NCBI RefSeq assembly: GCF_006345805.1
Contig: NC_043009.1
Span: 1,550,001 to 1,614,000 of the forward strand
DNA: 64,000 bases
Direction: 5' to 3'
Source: Octopus sinensis
Lineage: Eukaryota
Both the position numbers and the translations under genes were made by a program. A model generated the notes under the pieces. The model made no database searches. It was not told the origin of the DNA and worked only from the letters and a program-made list of their open reading frames with translations. Numbering within the stretch: the stretch's first letter is position 1; each line of letters opens with the position of its first letter. This document shows, piece by piece, positions 1 through 13,545 of this stretch.

Positions 1-702
1 CATATGTGTGTGTATTCTTTCATTTGTTTCAATCTTATACTTATGTAAATCTGCTACTTATTCTATTAGTCTCTTTCGCTAAACTGCTAAGTTACAAGGA
101 TGTAAACAAACCAGCTGAAGGAAGTGTCCTCCTGGGGTTAAAAACAGTAGCAATGTCGGTTCCTGTGGAACGGCCATGTTCAAATGGAAATAAACATTAC
201 TTCTGAGTATAGTTACAACTTTCATCTCTTATGGGAGATTTTCTAACTAATTACTTTGCTTGTTGCAAGACCAGTGACTGGTTGTCACTTGGTTTTCTAT
301 ACATTGAGAGCCATGCAGCTGCGGTCATACTGGAGCACCACCGTGTATGTGTGTGTATATATAAATATATATACATGTGTACATGTGTGTCTATGTGACA
401 AGAGCTGGCCAGGCAGAAGCCTGTACTAGACTTCTTGTGACTGTTTTGGCAGGGTTTTTACAGCTGGATGCCCTTCCTAACGCCAACCCTTCAGCAGAGT
501 GGACTTGGTGCTTTTTATGTGGCAGAAACACAGGCAAGGTCAGCTTTGGCAAGGTTTCCACGGCTGGAAGCCCTTTCAAATGCTAACCACTCTGCAGTGT
601 GGACTGGGTGCTTTTAAGAGGTACCTGCACTGACAATATGTATAAGTTCCACATTTAAATTTTATATATTTATAATTTTAAAGTGGAATTATACAACCAA
701 AT

Positions 703-762
<60 letters not shown>

Positions 763-2005
763 CTTGAGTATGTGGGTGGGAAGATGTGTAGACCATGACA
801 CCTAAAAAATAGCGATCAATATGTATATGCGTGTGTGTGTGTGTGGGTGTGTGTGTGCATGCCGTGTCTGTGTTGTGAACATTGTATACTTTGGCACAGT
901 ATGTCATCTAAAGACAATTCTGTGTGTGTATGTGAGTGAGTATATATACACACAGATATATATGTATACACACACATAATTGTCTGTAGATGTCATACTG
1001 TGCCAAAGTACACAATGAACATAATGAACACACACACACACACACACACATACATATTGATTGCTATTTTTTAGGTGTCAATATATGTATGTGCTTGTGT
1101 GTGTGTGCTTGTATGTGTTTATGTATGTGTGTGGTGTGTATATGTATGTACATATGTTTCTGTTTAAAAAATGACTCATTTTCCTGAATCAATCTTGAAA
1201 CTGACATATTTTTAGTGTTGTGTGTGTGCATGCACACACAGGTGAGCATGTGTGTGTGTGCAAGATGTGTGTGCACATGCCAGGAAGTGTGTGCGAATGA
1301 GCTCTAAGTGCAAGGTGTGTGTGCGTATGAAAAGCATGCCACTGTGGGTTCAGTAAATGTGTATAAACCCTCTCCCCACTCATTGGCTGTGCTCCTCAAT
1401 GTTAAGGGTCACATTTGGTTGTTGGTCCAGTTAGAAATACGACTGCATCTCTCTCAGTCCTCTTCACTGATGACACCAGATCAAATCTGGTCACAGGAAG
1501 CAGTGTGTTGTATATCATCATCATCATCATAATAATAATCAGGAGAATGAGTTGTAGATATACAGCTTAGCTGCAAATTCTCAGTAAGCAGTCCCAGACA
1601 AAATCATGGGTTGCCTTTTGGCAAGGTATAGCACCCATTGGATACCCTGTTAAGGTCACAGTGAAATCATGAAGTTCTGAAGAGAGCAGAAATGTCACTA
1701 TCACAGGAAAGCGGAATGGATTCGGGAATTGAAATGCAAGGAATGAAAAAAATACTTTGGATTTCTTCCTACTTTGCAGAACAAATGATAAGTTTGTGAA
1801 TCTCAGGCTGGGAAACCCATCAGTTTGACTGGTACAGTAATTGTCTATAGCAGTGGTTCTCAGCAAGGATCCATATGGCCCCTAAGGGTTCATATGAGAT
1901 ATTTAGGGGTTCAAGCATATATATGTATGTATATGTTCGTATATGTAAGTATTCGTATATTATATGTATATATATATGTGTGCATTTATGTTACTATCTG
2001 AGTAT

Positions 2006-2063
2006 ATTCCACTGATGAGGCAAAGCATTTCTTATGCAAAGTCAGAAATCCGGGATCTGGAAT
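2006..2063 (+). ncRNA. Type I hammerhead ribozyme-like motif
   Basis: attcca-CTGATGA-[ggc aaa gcat ttctt atgc aaa gtc]-a-GAAA-tc cgg ga-TC-tggaat. Stem I 6 bp, interrupted stem II, stem III 3 bp, AUC cleavage triplet; one extra A before GAAA. Confidence 0.6.
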
Positions 2064-3499
2064 TATCCAGTAATTTTTTGCTAGTTCATCTTGTCCTTTT
2101 GTTTTCTCTCCTAGTGCTGTATGAACATTTAATGTGGTTTTAGAGTCAAGTTTTGGCTGCTATTTCCAGTGTAGAGGTATCTCTTAGATACTCTAAATTA
2201 TAATAAATAAATACACACACACACACACCATGGGTTTCTGTTAACCAAATCCATTCACAAGGCTATGAATAGTCCAAGGCTATAGTAGAAAACACTTGCC
2301 CAAGGTACCACGCAATGGAACTGAGCCTGAAATCACGTGGTTAAGAAGCAAACTTGTTACCACACAACCAATCAAGAATTTAATATAACAATTTCATCAC
2401 CAAACAAGACTGAGAAAATCTCTGTTCGAAATGGAAGCAGTAGATGAACCAAAAAGTGTTTATCGCCACATTCACATGGGTATTCTCTAAGAACTGACAT
2501 TACTGCTATTTTAACCCCAGGAAGACATCTCCTCCAGCTGTCTTCCTAGGGTTAAAATAGCAGTATTTTTTGTTCTTAGAGAACCCCACGTTAAAGTATG
2601 GATAAACACTAAATTTTGTCATCGTTAACCTCATGTCTAGAATACAGATTAACATGGAATTTTGATGGAAGATTCTATTTAGATCACTTTAAAACAAGGA
2701 TTTGCATCATAGAACTAAAAATGGTCTGAGAAGATTGGTATCAAAAAGGTTAAAAGATGTTTGTGTTGTGGAATTGGAGGTGATTTCAGGTGAATTGGTG
2801 CCAAAAGGGTTACAATATGAAAAGACATTTTCAAAATTTTGAAAAAAATGTTTTTCAAAACAGAGATTTCTTGCAGTTAGTTTTATGTACAAATTCTTAA
2901 CAGGCAAATATTAAAAAGATAAAAAATATGGATTAGGAGAAAATATTCTGAGAATGGGAAATTTCTATGAGAAGATAGCTGAAAGATTGTTATTACTGAA
3001 AACACTTGAAAGATTCGGAATATTTTTTTTTCTTTTGCAAGAGCAAAGATATTGGATATAAATTTTCATTTTTTATTTTTGTATGTAAATTAAAAAGTTT
3101 AGTATAAAAAAGTGATAATTTAAAAATTGTTAATAAAATAAGAATTTTGTGAGAACAAAACTGAGTGATAAAGAATCGATATAAAAAATATTTTTGAGAT
3201 AAAGCAGTTTAAAATATTTATAGAGAAAAAGATATTCATGATGCAGTGAATGAATCAGCACACTTGTTACAGAATTGGATAGAATGTCTTGTCATTTGTT
3301 TCAGCATCCCATTGCACTGCGAGTTCAAATTCCATGGAGGTCAACTTTGCTTTTCTTCAGTTTTTCTTGGAGAAGAAATTTCATAAACCCTGTCTCAACC
3401 CATTTCTATTTCTGGATCAATGTAACTAATTCAATACAGACATATATATGAATATATTTATGCATATGTGTGTGTAGACAGAGATAGATTGATAGAGAC

Positions 3500-3835
3500 A
3501 GGGAGACTGGTTGCTAGGGAGACCGGCCGCTAGGGAGACCAGCCGCTAGGCAGACTGGCTGCTAGGGAGACCGGCCGCTAGGGAGACCGGCCGCTAGGGA
3601 GACCGGCCGCTAGGGAGACCGGCCGCTAGGGAGAGCGACTGCTAGGGAGACCGGCCGCCAGGGAGACCGGCCGCCAGGGAGACCGGCCGCTAGGGAGATC
3701 TGCCGCCAGGGAGATCGGCCGCCAGGGAGACCGGCCGCTAGGGAGACCGGCCGCTAGGGAGACCGGCCACTAGGGAGACCGGCCGCTAGGGAGACTGGCT
3801 GCTAGGGAGACCGGCCGCTAGGCAAAGCGACTGCT
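3500..3835. repeat. GC/CpG-rich 16-bp minisatellite, 21 units
   Basis: Consensus agggagaccggccgct in exact 16-bp register from 3500 to 3820. Confidence 0.95.
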
Positions 3836-5570
3836 AGATATTATGACTTAACCAAAGAAAAAATATTATTAATCTCTACTATGGTATTGATTAATCTTTC
3901 TTCCAACTGTCAACACTAAATGGATATACATAGTGTGTATATGTATGTACATGTGTACATATATCTGTAACCTATGCAGGACAAATTTAACTCTCTCTCT
4001 ATAAGTTTAAGAAATCATGAACAGCCTTAATCGATTTTCCAACCTTATTAAGTTCTCATCAGGTGTCTCAAGTAACTAATCTGCTTATATAGACAAGAAA
4101 TCTAGTTGCGCCAGGTAACTGGAGCAACTAATTTGCTTCAGAAGACACTTGCCTAAGGTACCATACAGTTGGGAAGCAAACTTCTGACATGACCATGCCT
4201 GTGCCCCCCCCCCCCCACAAATAAATGTCCATGCAAACACACACACACACACACACACACCACACACACACACACACACACAACGATAAGTATATATGCA
4301 TGTTTCTGAAAAGCACATTCATACATGCACAAACACACATGCATAACTCATTTTCTCTCTCTCTTCATGCCAGTTTCTTGTTAATTAAAGGTGTCTAAAT
4401 ATTAATGTCTGCAAGCGTCATTAATATGTAGCAAGCTACTATAGAGATAAGACTGTCACATATCCTCTACTTACATGTCGTACAAGATATTTTGGACCAT
4501 AATCCAATAACTTTCAGACTGATTTACATTTCACCTACTAATGAGACACAGTTGATTAGGCTACTTTAGTTTTGGTTCCTTATTGAGCAAGTTCCTCTCA
4601 GGTGGACTTGTCTTTGTCCCATGATATGAAGACAAAATTTTGGTGAGAATCTAATAACCATAGATTTCAAATAGAATCAACAACAAAGCAAAAATAGTGT
4701 ACACTATCTAGTCATGTGAAAGCCATATATTACCTTAAAGGATCATAATGTGCTGCAAAAATTTAATCCTTTAACTGCAAAAATTAAATTTCTTGGTTAT
4801 ATTCCAGTAATGATGCTAAGTACTTACCAAAAAAATAGAATTGATGTTTCTGCAATTCAATGAATTTGAAATATCTCAACAAAATATAGTTTTAAATATG
4901 ATATTCCTCAACAAAAGATAGATTGGTATATAAAATTGCTTTATGCAGATAAAGTAAATAAAATTTTGAATGGATATATTTGATTTCTGCAGGGAAAGTG
5001 TTAGACTAAAATTTTAACTAACTACTGTGATTATTGAACTATAACTTTGTGAGTAGAATTTTACAATTGATTGGAAACATATTTCAGAAATAACTGAATT
5101 AGCAAAGGTATTGATAAAAAAATAACTCTAGAGAATTAATATATGCTGATTTTCTAGCATGCATTTCTCTTAACCATTCGAACTATTCTTCTTATCCCAT
5201 CCCAAACATCTCACACAAAAAGTACATTGACTGTAAGAAATTTTGTTTCTCTGCAGCTAAATTGAGGTGATGCATTTTCAGGGGAAATCTTAGAAAGAAC
5301 AAGAAATGAAATTACAATTCATATTCGTTGATATCAGGCTTATATCAGTCAATAACTATATCAGTAGGTTTAAATTAAAAATTTAATTTTTGTAGTGCAT
5401 CATATAATTTCTTTTATAATATAAATTGATTTACACTTAGATTTGGTCAGAAGAATATTTTGGAAATTTCCACGGCTCATCAGAGACTTGAAATATTCCA
5501 CGAGGAAAAGGAAAGTCATATATCTTATAAAAAGAAATTACATTGCTACAATTTTTCTTTTTTATTGAAG

Positions 5571-5615
<45 letters not shown>

Positions 5616-7062
5616 TATATATATGGGGCTGTATTGATAGATAAAGAATATGGTAAACATTGCTTTGAATTCATGCAGCATCAATAACAAATAATTGATG
5701 AATATTTCAAAGGTGTAGAACTCAACTTTTAGATGTGTCTGTTTACTCTCTATTGTCAGGCTTAAGTGTATGGAAATTACATAACTTTCTATTCCAGCTT
5801 TTCAAGTGATGTATCTCTTAAGTGTAAATATAATGTCAGTGTATATATACGTAGATACGAATGCTGTGTGTATTTGAGTATATATGTACATCTGTAAGCA
5901 TATGATTGCATGTGTTTGAGTATATATCCATGTATGTGAATATTTGTATGTGGTATGTCTGTATATAGATGAATAATCAATGTAGGTATTGAATATGTTG
6001 TGAATGTCTGCATGTGCTGTATATCTGAGTATATTCATATAACTATTGTACAAATATGTTTAAGACAGCATATGGTTGGTTGTGTGCAAGTGTATATATT
6101 CTTTGCAAATGTGTGTGTGTGTGTGTGTGTGTGTTTAAAATTCCCTGATTTTTTTTTTGCTTTCTTTGGCAAATAAACAAACATGTGTGTATGTATGTAT
6201 GTGTGTGTGTGTGTATATATATATAATGTGTGTGCGTTTGATAGTGTGTGTGTATGCTTGTATAATATATATATCATGACATTTTCCTCCTGCTTACACG
6301 ACTGTATATGTTTTTAAGTGTGCATGTGATGTGTGTGGTGAGTGTATATAAGGAAATATATCAAAGAAATGGCATATAATTGATTTCTATTCTTCTCAAC
6401 AAGTATATGTGTATGTATGTATACATGTTTAAGCATACATGTGTGTATGTATGCATATCATCATCATCATCCTTCAACGTCTGTTTAAGACCTGCAGTCC
6501 AGAGGATTGCACCAGGTTCTGTCTGCTTCAGCACAGTTTCTATTGCTGGATGCTCTTCCTAATGCCGACCACTTTACAGAGTGTACAGGGTGCATTTTTA
6601 TATGGCACCAGCATTATCAGAGTCACCGAGCAACTAGCAAGACAAAGACATCTCAAATGAGAAGCGATGTGAATGTGTGTGTGTGTGTGTGTGGAGGGGT
6701 AATATTGAGGGAGTTGGCTTTGTGTTAGCTGATGAGAGGTTAAAAAGAATGGCAGAGAGACAAAGATGGGTCTCTTGCTGTAGAGGAGACAAGGATAATC
6801 CGGTCGGAAAAGAAAAGGCAAGAAAAAGAAACTTAAAGAGAAATTTTTTAGTTGCCCCCAAATCATAAACCTTTGAACACACACATTGAAAAGGTGTGTA
6901 CGTGTGTATATATGTGTGGGTGCACACATTGATAAAACATATATACACACCCTTTTTGAAAAAGTGTGTGTGTATATGTATGTGTGTGTATATATATATA
7001 TATATATCAGAAGCAAAGAGGGGTGCATTTGTATAAGATTTAGGATAGGCATTTGTTTAGTC

Positions 7063-7098
<36 letters not shown>

Positions 7099-7789
7099 TG
7101 AAGAGTGTAGAAAACAAAGTGAGAATATACATAACAAAAGGAGTCACTTCCGACATTGCATTGGTTACCATGGTTACCTGAAATAAATGTTTCACAAAAG
7201 GTGATCACTCATCTTCCCACCACCCCACCCACCTCTCTCTCTTTTTCTCTCTCTCTCTCATAGACATACTAGAGGGTATGCTTGAAGTAGGGGGATCGGG
7301 GTGGTACAAGGGGAAGAAGTAAGGGGTAGGTGTATGTGTGGTTGAAAGAGAGAAGGGAGAGAAGTGAAATGAAGAGAGGGAGGAGGAAGTGAAGAGGTGG
7401 AGGAAGGAGAGGGAGGCAGTGAGGGAAGTGAGTGTATGATAGGGGTGGGGTGTACTTGAAAGTGCGCATGCGTGCATATACATACATACATACATAGAAT
7501 TATATACACATGTAGACACGTGCGAATTAACATGCATGTATACACACACATACACACACAATACTTAAATCACACATGCACATACATGAATGAATGAATA
7601 TACATGCATATACACACTTTTAAACAAACACACGAATTACACAGCCGGACACATATTTATATACACAGGTAAGGGTATAAACAAACATTTAAATACACAC
7701 ACATTTATATATACACCCGCTGTAGCACTAACAGCAAGTATAAAGAGTTTTTGCAATGGAAGGAAAAAAGGGAGAATGTAGATAGAAGA

Positions 7790-8220
7790 AAGAAAAGAAT
7801 GGGTGAGAGTGGTATATATATAGAGAGAAAGAGTGATGGGGAGAGGGATAGAAGAGAGGGTGATAAGGGGAGAGAGAGGGAGTAAGTGATAGAAAGAGAG
7901 AGAAAAGTGAGAGAGAAAAGAGAAAGACTGATAGAAAGAGAGAGAGTGAAAGAAAGAAAGAAAGTGAAAGAAAAAGTGAAAGAAAGTGAAAGAAAGAGAA
8001 AGTGAAAGAAAGGGATAGAGAGTGATAGAAAAAGAGGGTGATAAAGAGAGTGACAGAAATAGAAAGAGAGAAAGTGATAGAGAGGGAGAGTAATAGAGAG
8101 ATAAAAAGAGAGTGATTAAAGAGAGAAAGAGGGTGAAAGAGGGAGGGGGAAAAGAGGAATCAAGAAAGAGAAATTGTATGAGAGCAACAAGTGGAGGTAG
8201 AGAGAGAGAGAGAGAGCGAA
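7790..8220. repeat. Polypurine (GA-rich) low-complexity tract
   Basis: Almost pure A/G on the + strand; similar tracts at about 13560-13980 and 35410-35660. Confidence 0.9.
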
Positions 8221-8969
8221 GGTAGTCTCTGTAGGATCTCCTTGAAGATTCCACCCACCCACTCACCCACACCCCACACTTGCCTCCTGTAAACAAAGAG
8301 AATGAGGCAGGATGGGGGGGGGGAGAAAAGAGAAATAGGTTATGTAACTAACAGGCAAGGAAAAGGGTCCCACCTCGATCGAGTACCAAGGGAATAGAGA
8401 GCATAAACTAAACAACATTCAAAGAGCTGTCCCCCCCCCCTCTCGCCCCCCCCACTTGTGCATCAAGAACTGTCAGCTTTCCCACCCGCCCGCCCGCCCC
8501 TCCGTCTCTGAGAACCCCCTTACTGCTCCCTACCCCTGCTATTACCACCATAGGTATTGATGACAAGGAACAACAACATGAATATAACAAGCTCAATGTG
8601 TTTATATGTAATTTGTTGTATGTGTGTGTGTGTGTGTATCATCATTGTTTGACATTCATCTTTTATGCTAGCATGGGTAGGATATGCATGTATGTGTATA
8701 TGTATGTAGGTATATGTATATACATATATATATATATATATATGGAGAGAGAGAAAGGGGGGGACTAGACCATTATTTAAAATGATCATATATTTGGTTA
8801 CTCATTCTAGCATGGTGATACCTCTCCTGTACCGTTAATTATATTTCTATTATATATATATATATATATACATACATACATACATACACACACACACAAC
8901 ATAAATAATTAGATATAAGCACAAACGTTCTTGTTGTATGTGTGTGTATACACACCACACACACACATG

Positions 8970-9016
<47 letters not shown>

Positions 9017-9372
9017 ATATATATATATATATATATTACATACACACACACACATATATGTATGTATACACTTGATTCTAAATTACATAATGAGTTCTAT
9101 GTCAGATAATATTTCATCATCGTATAACCTACACCCATATATGTTAAGCACATCCACAACATTAATATATATATATATATATTATATATATATATATTTT
9201 AGGTGTAGGTGTGGATGTGTGGTAGAAAGCTTGCTTCCCAGATACAAATACATAGTCCTGAGTTCTGTCCCACTGCATGGCACCTTTGGCAAGTGTCTTC
9301 TACTATAGCCTTGGTCTGACCAAAACCATGTGAGTGGATTCGGTAGATGGAAACTTAAAGAACTTGCTATAT

Positions 9373-9407
<35 letters not shown>

Positions 9408-10450
9408 TATATAATATATATATATTTGGTACATATAAAGTTGTCTGCTCAAAAGACAACAGACAAATGGAATAGATTATTATTTTGACAAGAAAACCCG
9501 GGGTAGCTGTAATTACAAGATTAGTGGATTTTTTAATTTAAGATTATTGTTACTATCTTAACCGATTGAGTGCCTTTCTACTTGCTGAAGCATCACTACA
9601 GAACACACACACACACAGAGTTGTGTGTATAAGCATTCTGGCTTCACAGACCCCAGTAGAACCGTCCAACCCATGCTAGCATGGAAAACGGACGCTAAAC
9701 GATGATGATGATATATATATATATATATATGCATGCATGCATGCAAGGCTACATGTTTATTGTATGAGCAGTAAATTGATTGATACAGAACAGAGACAAA
9801 GGAAAGCATGTGACATGTATAACACCTGTCCCACGCCTACAAGACATGCAAATTCCCAGCATGCAGTGTGTCTGCATGTGGGTTAATTGAGGCTGGAGGT
9901 TGACTGATGGGTTGCTGCACACATAGAATAAATTAGGTTACTGTTTTTTGAATAAATTAGAATAGATTAAGCTATTAATTTTGAATAAGTGAGAATAAAG
10001 TAGGTTAATTTTGAATAAATGAATAGATAACTGGATATATATAGGCTTACAACCATGTGTGCATGCCCATATATAGACACACACACACAATTTGATAAAC
10101 ATATAACACTTCATTCATCATCATCATTTAATGTCCACTTTCCATACTGGCATGGGTTGGATGGTTTGATTGAGGTCTGGTGAACCAGAAGGCTGCACCA
10201 GGCTCAATCTGATCTGGCAAAGTTTCTACAGCTTGATGCCCTTCCTAACGTCAACCACTCCGAGAGAGTGTAGTGGGTGCTTTTATGTACCACCAGCATG
10301 AGGGCCAGTTAGGTGGTTCTGGCAACGACCACGCTCAAATGGTGCTTTTTATGTGCTACCTGCATGGGAGCCAGTCTGGTGGCACTGGCAACGACCACGC
10401 TCGAATGTTGTTTTTCACATGGCACCAGCACATGTGCTGGTAAGGCGATG

Positions 10451-10800
10451 CTGGCAATGATCATGCTCAAATGGTGCTTTTTACGTGACACTGGCATGGG
10501 AGCCAATCTGGGGCCCTGGCAATGATCATGCTCAAATGGTGCTTTTTACATGCTACTGGCATGGGAGCCAATCTGTGGCCCTGGCAATGATCATGCTCAA
10601 ATGGTGCTTTTTACGTGACACTGGCATGGGAGCCAATCTGGGGCCCTGGCAATGATCATGCTCAAATGGTGCTTTTTACATGCTACTGGCATGGGAGCCA
10701 ATCTGTGGCCCTGGCAATGATCATGCTCAAATGGTGCTTTTTACATGCTACTGGCATGGGAGCCAATCTGTGGCCCTGGCAATGATCATGCTCAGATGTG
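10451..10800. repeat. 65-bp minisatellite (5+ units) inside the (GAT)n-tailed retroposon
   Basis: Units start at 10451, 10516, 10581, 10646, 10711 and 10776. Confidence 0.95.
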
Positions 10801-10907
10801 CTTTTAATGCTCCACTGGCACGACTGTCAATCAGGCGGTACTGTTATCGGCCACTTCATTTTACATACAAAAACATTTGAATTTAAAAATGAGAAAATAT
10901 AGATAAA

Positions 10908-11660
10908 TATCAAGTCATTAAGAATGAGACGTCTGATTTTCTTCTGCCCCAAGTTTGACAGTCGTTAACTCTAATGTTTTATCCAGACAATTCTTTGTTT
11001 TATAACATTGAAGAGTTACATCATCACTTTTCAAAATGCAATTCATGGTGTCTGGTTATATTGTGAGTTTTCTCTTGTAAACCAATTTTTATGAACCCAT
11101 GAATAGATAAAAAATGTGTGTTGTTTATAAATATGAGTTCTACCATGGAACCAATGCATCCTAGACAGCTTGAAACATCAATAAGGTGTTTGGTGAAGAT
11201 GTGGCAAACAAGCACACTGTACATCAACGGCTTGAGTAGTTCTGGTCTGGTGACTTTACTCTTGAAAATCAGCTCCATGGTAGACCTGAGACCAAGGTGG
11301 ATAATGATGAGCTGGAAATTCTGGTGGAAGCAAATACATCTCAAACTATGTGCGAGTTAGCAGCAAGGTTTGATGTTTTGATTCCAACTGTATTGGACCA
11401 TCTGAAACAAATCAGCAAGGTAAAGAAGCTGGCCAAGTGGGTACCACACAAACAAGCATCAACTGACATGTCATCTTGAAACTTGCTCTTCTTTGCTGTC
11501 ATGGCATAAAAGTGAACCATTTTTGCATTGTATTGTTACATGTGATGAAAAATGGATTCTTTTCAACATGGTGGTTGGATAGAGACAAAGTGCCTTAACA
11601 CAATCCCAAAAAGAATATTCACCAAAAAAAAAAAAAAAAAAAGCTAATGGTGTAAGACAG
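10908..11660 (+). mobile_element. Degenerate mariner (Tc1/mariner) transposase remnant
   Basis: Conceptual translation with stops: YEFYHGTNA...GRPETKVDNDELEILVEAN..QT..ELA....KVKKLAKWVPH and IVTCDEKW. These match the mariner WVPHEL motif and the first catalytic Asp. Confidence 0.9.
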
Positions 11661-13389
11661 AACAAACTTTATTCTCTGCAACAAACTGGTCCAATGCCAA
11701 GAAACCTCCAGATTAACAAACAATAGGATCAGCCCAAATAAATCATCCGCTCTCTCTCTCTCTCTCTCACACACCACACACACACACACACACATACACA
11801 CACACACACATACAAAGTCTGTGTTTGAAAGCATGTGGTCTAATGGTTAGACAGTTATACTATCAATGATAAGGTTGTGTGTTCGATTCACAGACCTGGT
11901 AGCACATTGTGTCTGGGTGTGTGTGAGTGAGATGGAGGGAAGGCAAGGTGGCAAGGTATTTCATTACACATTGCTATAAGTCTATCCACGCACCTGAAAA
12001 TTGCCTGTCTGCTGCAGAGTGGCACCATACCGATCATTAACCCCCTAAATTTTGCAAAATGTCAATGGCATTGATGGCTGCCAAATACTAGATGCCAAGG
12101 GAGCTTTATTTATATATATAGAGAGAAAGAATGAGAGAGGGGGCAAGGGAAAGAAAGGGAGGCTTCTTTTCATATATATATATATATATATATATATGTA
12201 AAGAGAGAGGTAAACATGTGGTTAAGACATTAAGGAGTGGCTAGATAATATTTCACCACTTACGATGAGCAGTTATTTATTCTTCAGGTTTTGGTACATG
12301 TGGAACACTGAAGACAAAAGTGTCTTGAAATTTCAGAAACACACATAATATATATATATATATATTTATTTATTTATATATATCATCAACATGCCATCAC
12401 TGGTATCAGTCACATCTGGTAAACTTTGGTTATAGTTAATGCTTTCGGATACATACATACATAACACACACACACTCATATAGATGGATGTATGGATGTA
12501 TGTATGTGTGCGTGTGTGTGTGAGTGCGCACAAGCAAACATTGAAAATATTTATGTTTGTGTCTGCAGTTATGAATATACACCCACTCATACACACATGT
12601 ATTTATTACAGAAGATGCTTTGATGCTGGGAGGAGGAGAATATCTATCTACATTGCACACAAAGTGTAGAGTATAACTGAGAGACGTGTAAACCTGCACT
12701 GCCTTGCTCTCTCTCTCTCTCTCTCTCTCTCACTCAACCAACTTTCATAAGCTTAAAAGGAAATTGCTCTTACAATGTACAGTGCATGCTGGGTGCACTC
12801 TCTCTCTCTCTCCCTCACTCTACCTACATTATATATATATACATATATATATATGTATATACGTACATACATTTTGAAAGTGTTGCTCTTGTAATCAGCA
12901 TCATTAGAATAATCCTCATCAAACTCAACCTGTTTCTTTTTTTTTATTCTTTTATTTTCTTATGATGATGATGACAATAACGAGCATCATCATCATCCTC
13001 TCTGTTTCCAGTTTCCTATCAACAGTATTATAACACCACCACCAATCATCATCATCATCATCAACATGAGAGATATCATTACATGTACCAGCTACACCCT
13101 CTTCCTCCCGTCTAACAGCCACCATCATCATAACCACCATCATCATAACCACAAGTAAAACTCATCCTTTACTCCTTCCTCTTCCTACTCTTTTCCCCTA
13201 TTGCTCTCCTTTCCTCCTCCTCACCTCTCCCCTCCTCATTGTCACCACTCCCACCAACATCATAATCATCATTATCCTCATCAATTTTTAATATTGTTTT
13301 AATGACCAACTTTCCCATCGCAATATGAGTTATATAGACCTGTTGTTTGAAAATTTGACAAATCCTCATTTGTGTTGGTCATGTGTATC

Positions 13390-13545
13390 ATCTCGTCTCT
13401 AAGGTTCCAAAGATCCTGAGATCTAATTGCACTGTTTCTTTCCATGTGATCCTTGGTTGTTTCTCTTCTGCAAAAGTGTCTTCTTCCTTCTGTTCGTACC
13501 TGGGACTCATTTGTATCCCATGGCTATTAAGGCAAACACGCAAAT
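13390..13545 (-). mobile_element. RTE LINE C-terminal fragment
   Basis: KQPRITWKETVQLDL at the end of ORF 13388..14041 resembles RTE GRPRKTW.E.V..DL. Confidence 0.55.

Noticed and set aside
1567-1866. 99-aa minus ORF, or plus-strand frames faintly like a LINE endonuclease
   Set aside because: Several stops and only vague similarity; cannot support a call.
2707-3020. Purine-rich stretch with a protein-like plus frame
   Set aside because: Interrupted by stops, no motif; possibly a very old TE but unassignable.
3500-3835. CRISPR-like appearance of the 16-bp and 65-bp arrays
   Set aside because: Head-to-tail units with no unique spacers, no cas genes, eukaryotic context.
4476-4520. Minus-strand donor (GTAAGTA) with short open frames
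   Set aside because: No credible acceptor; the upstream sequence is repeat-derived.
5281-5330. Plus-strand acceptor followed by EILERTRNEITIHIR* (faintly like a PDZ domain end)
   Set aside because: Too short, with no supporting upstream exon; chance cannot be excluded.
5440-5500. Minus-strand CTGATGA-gccgtg-GAAA; also CTGAGGA-caaa-GAAA near 32955
   Set aside because: No stem II and no convincing stem I adjacent to the core.
9640-10330. (GAT)n-ended family read as a MITE with TIRs
   Set aside because: The apparent TIRs are the 3' tails of separate copies in opposite orientation; single copies have one tail only.
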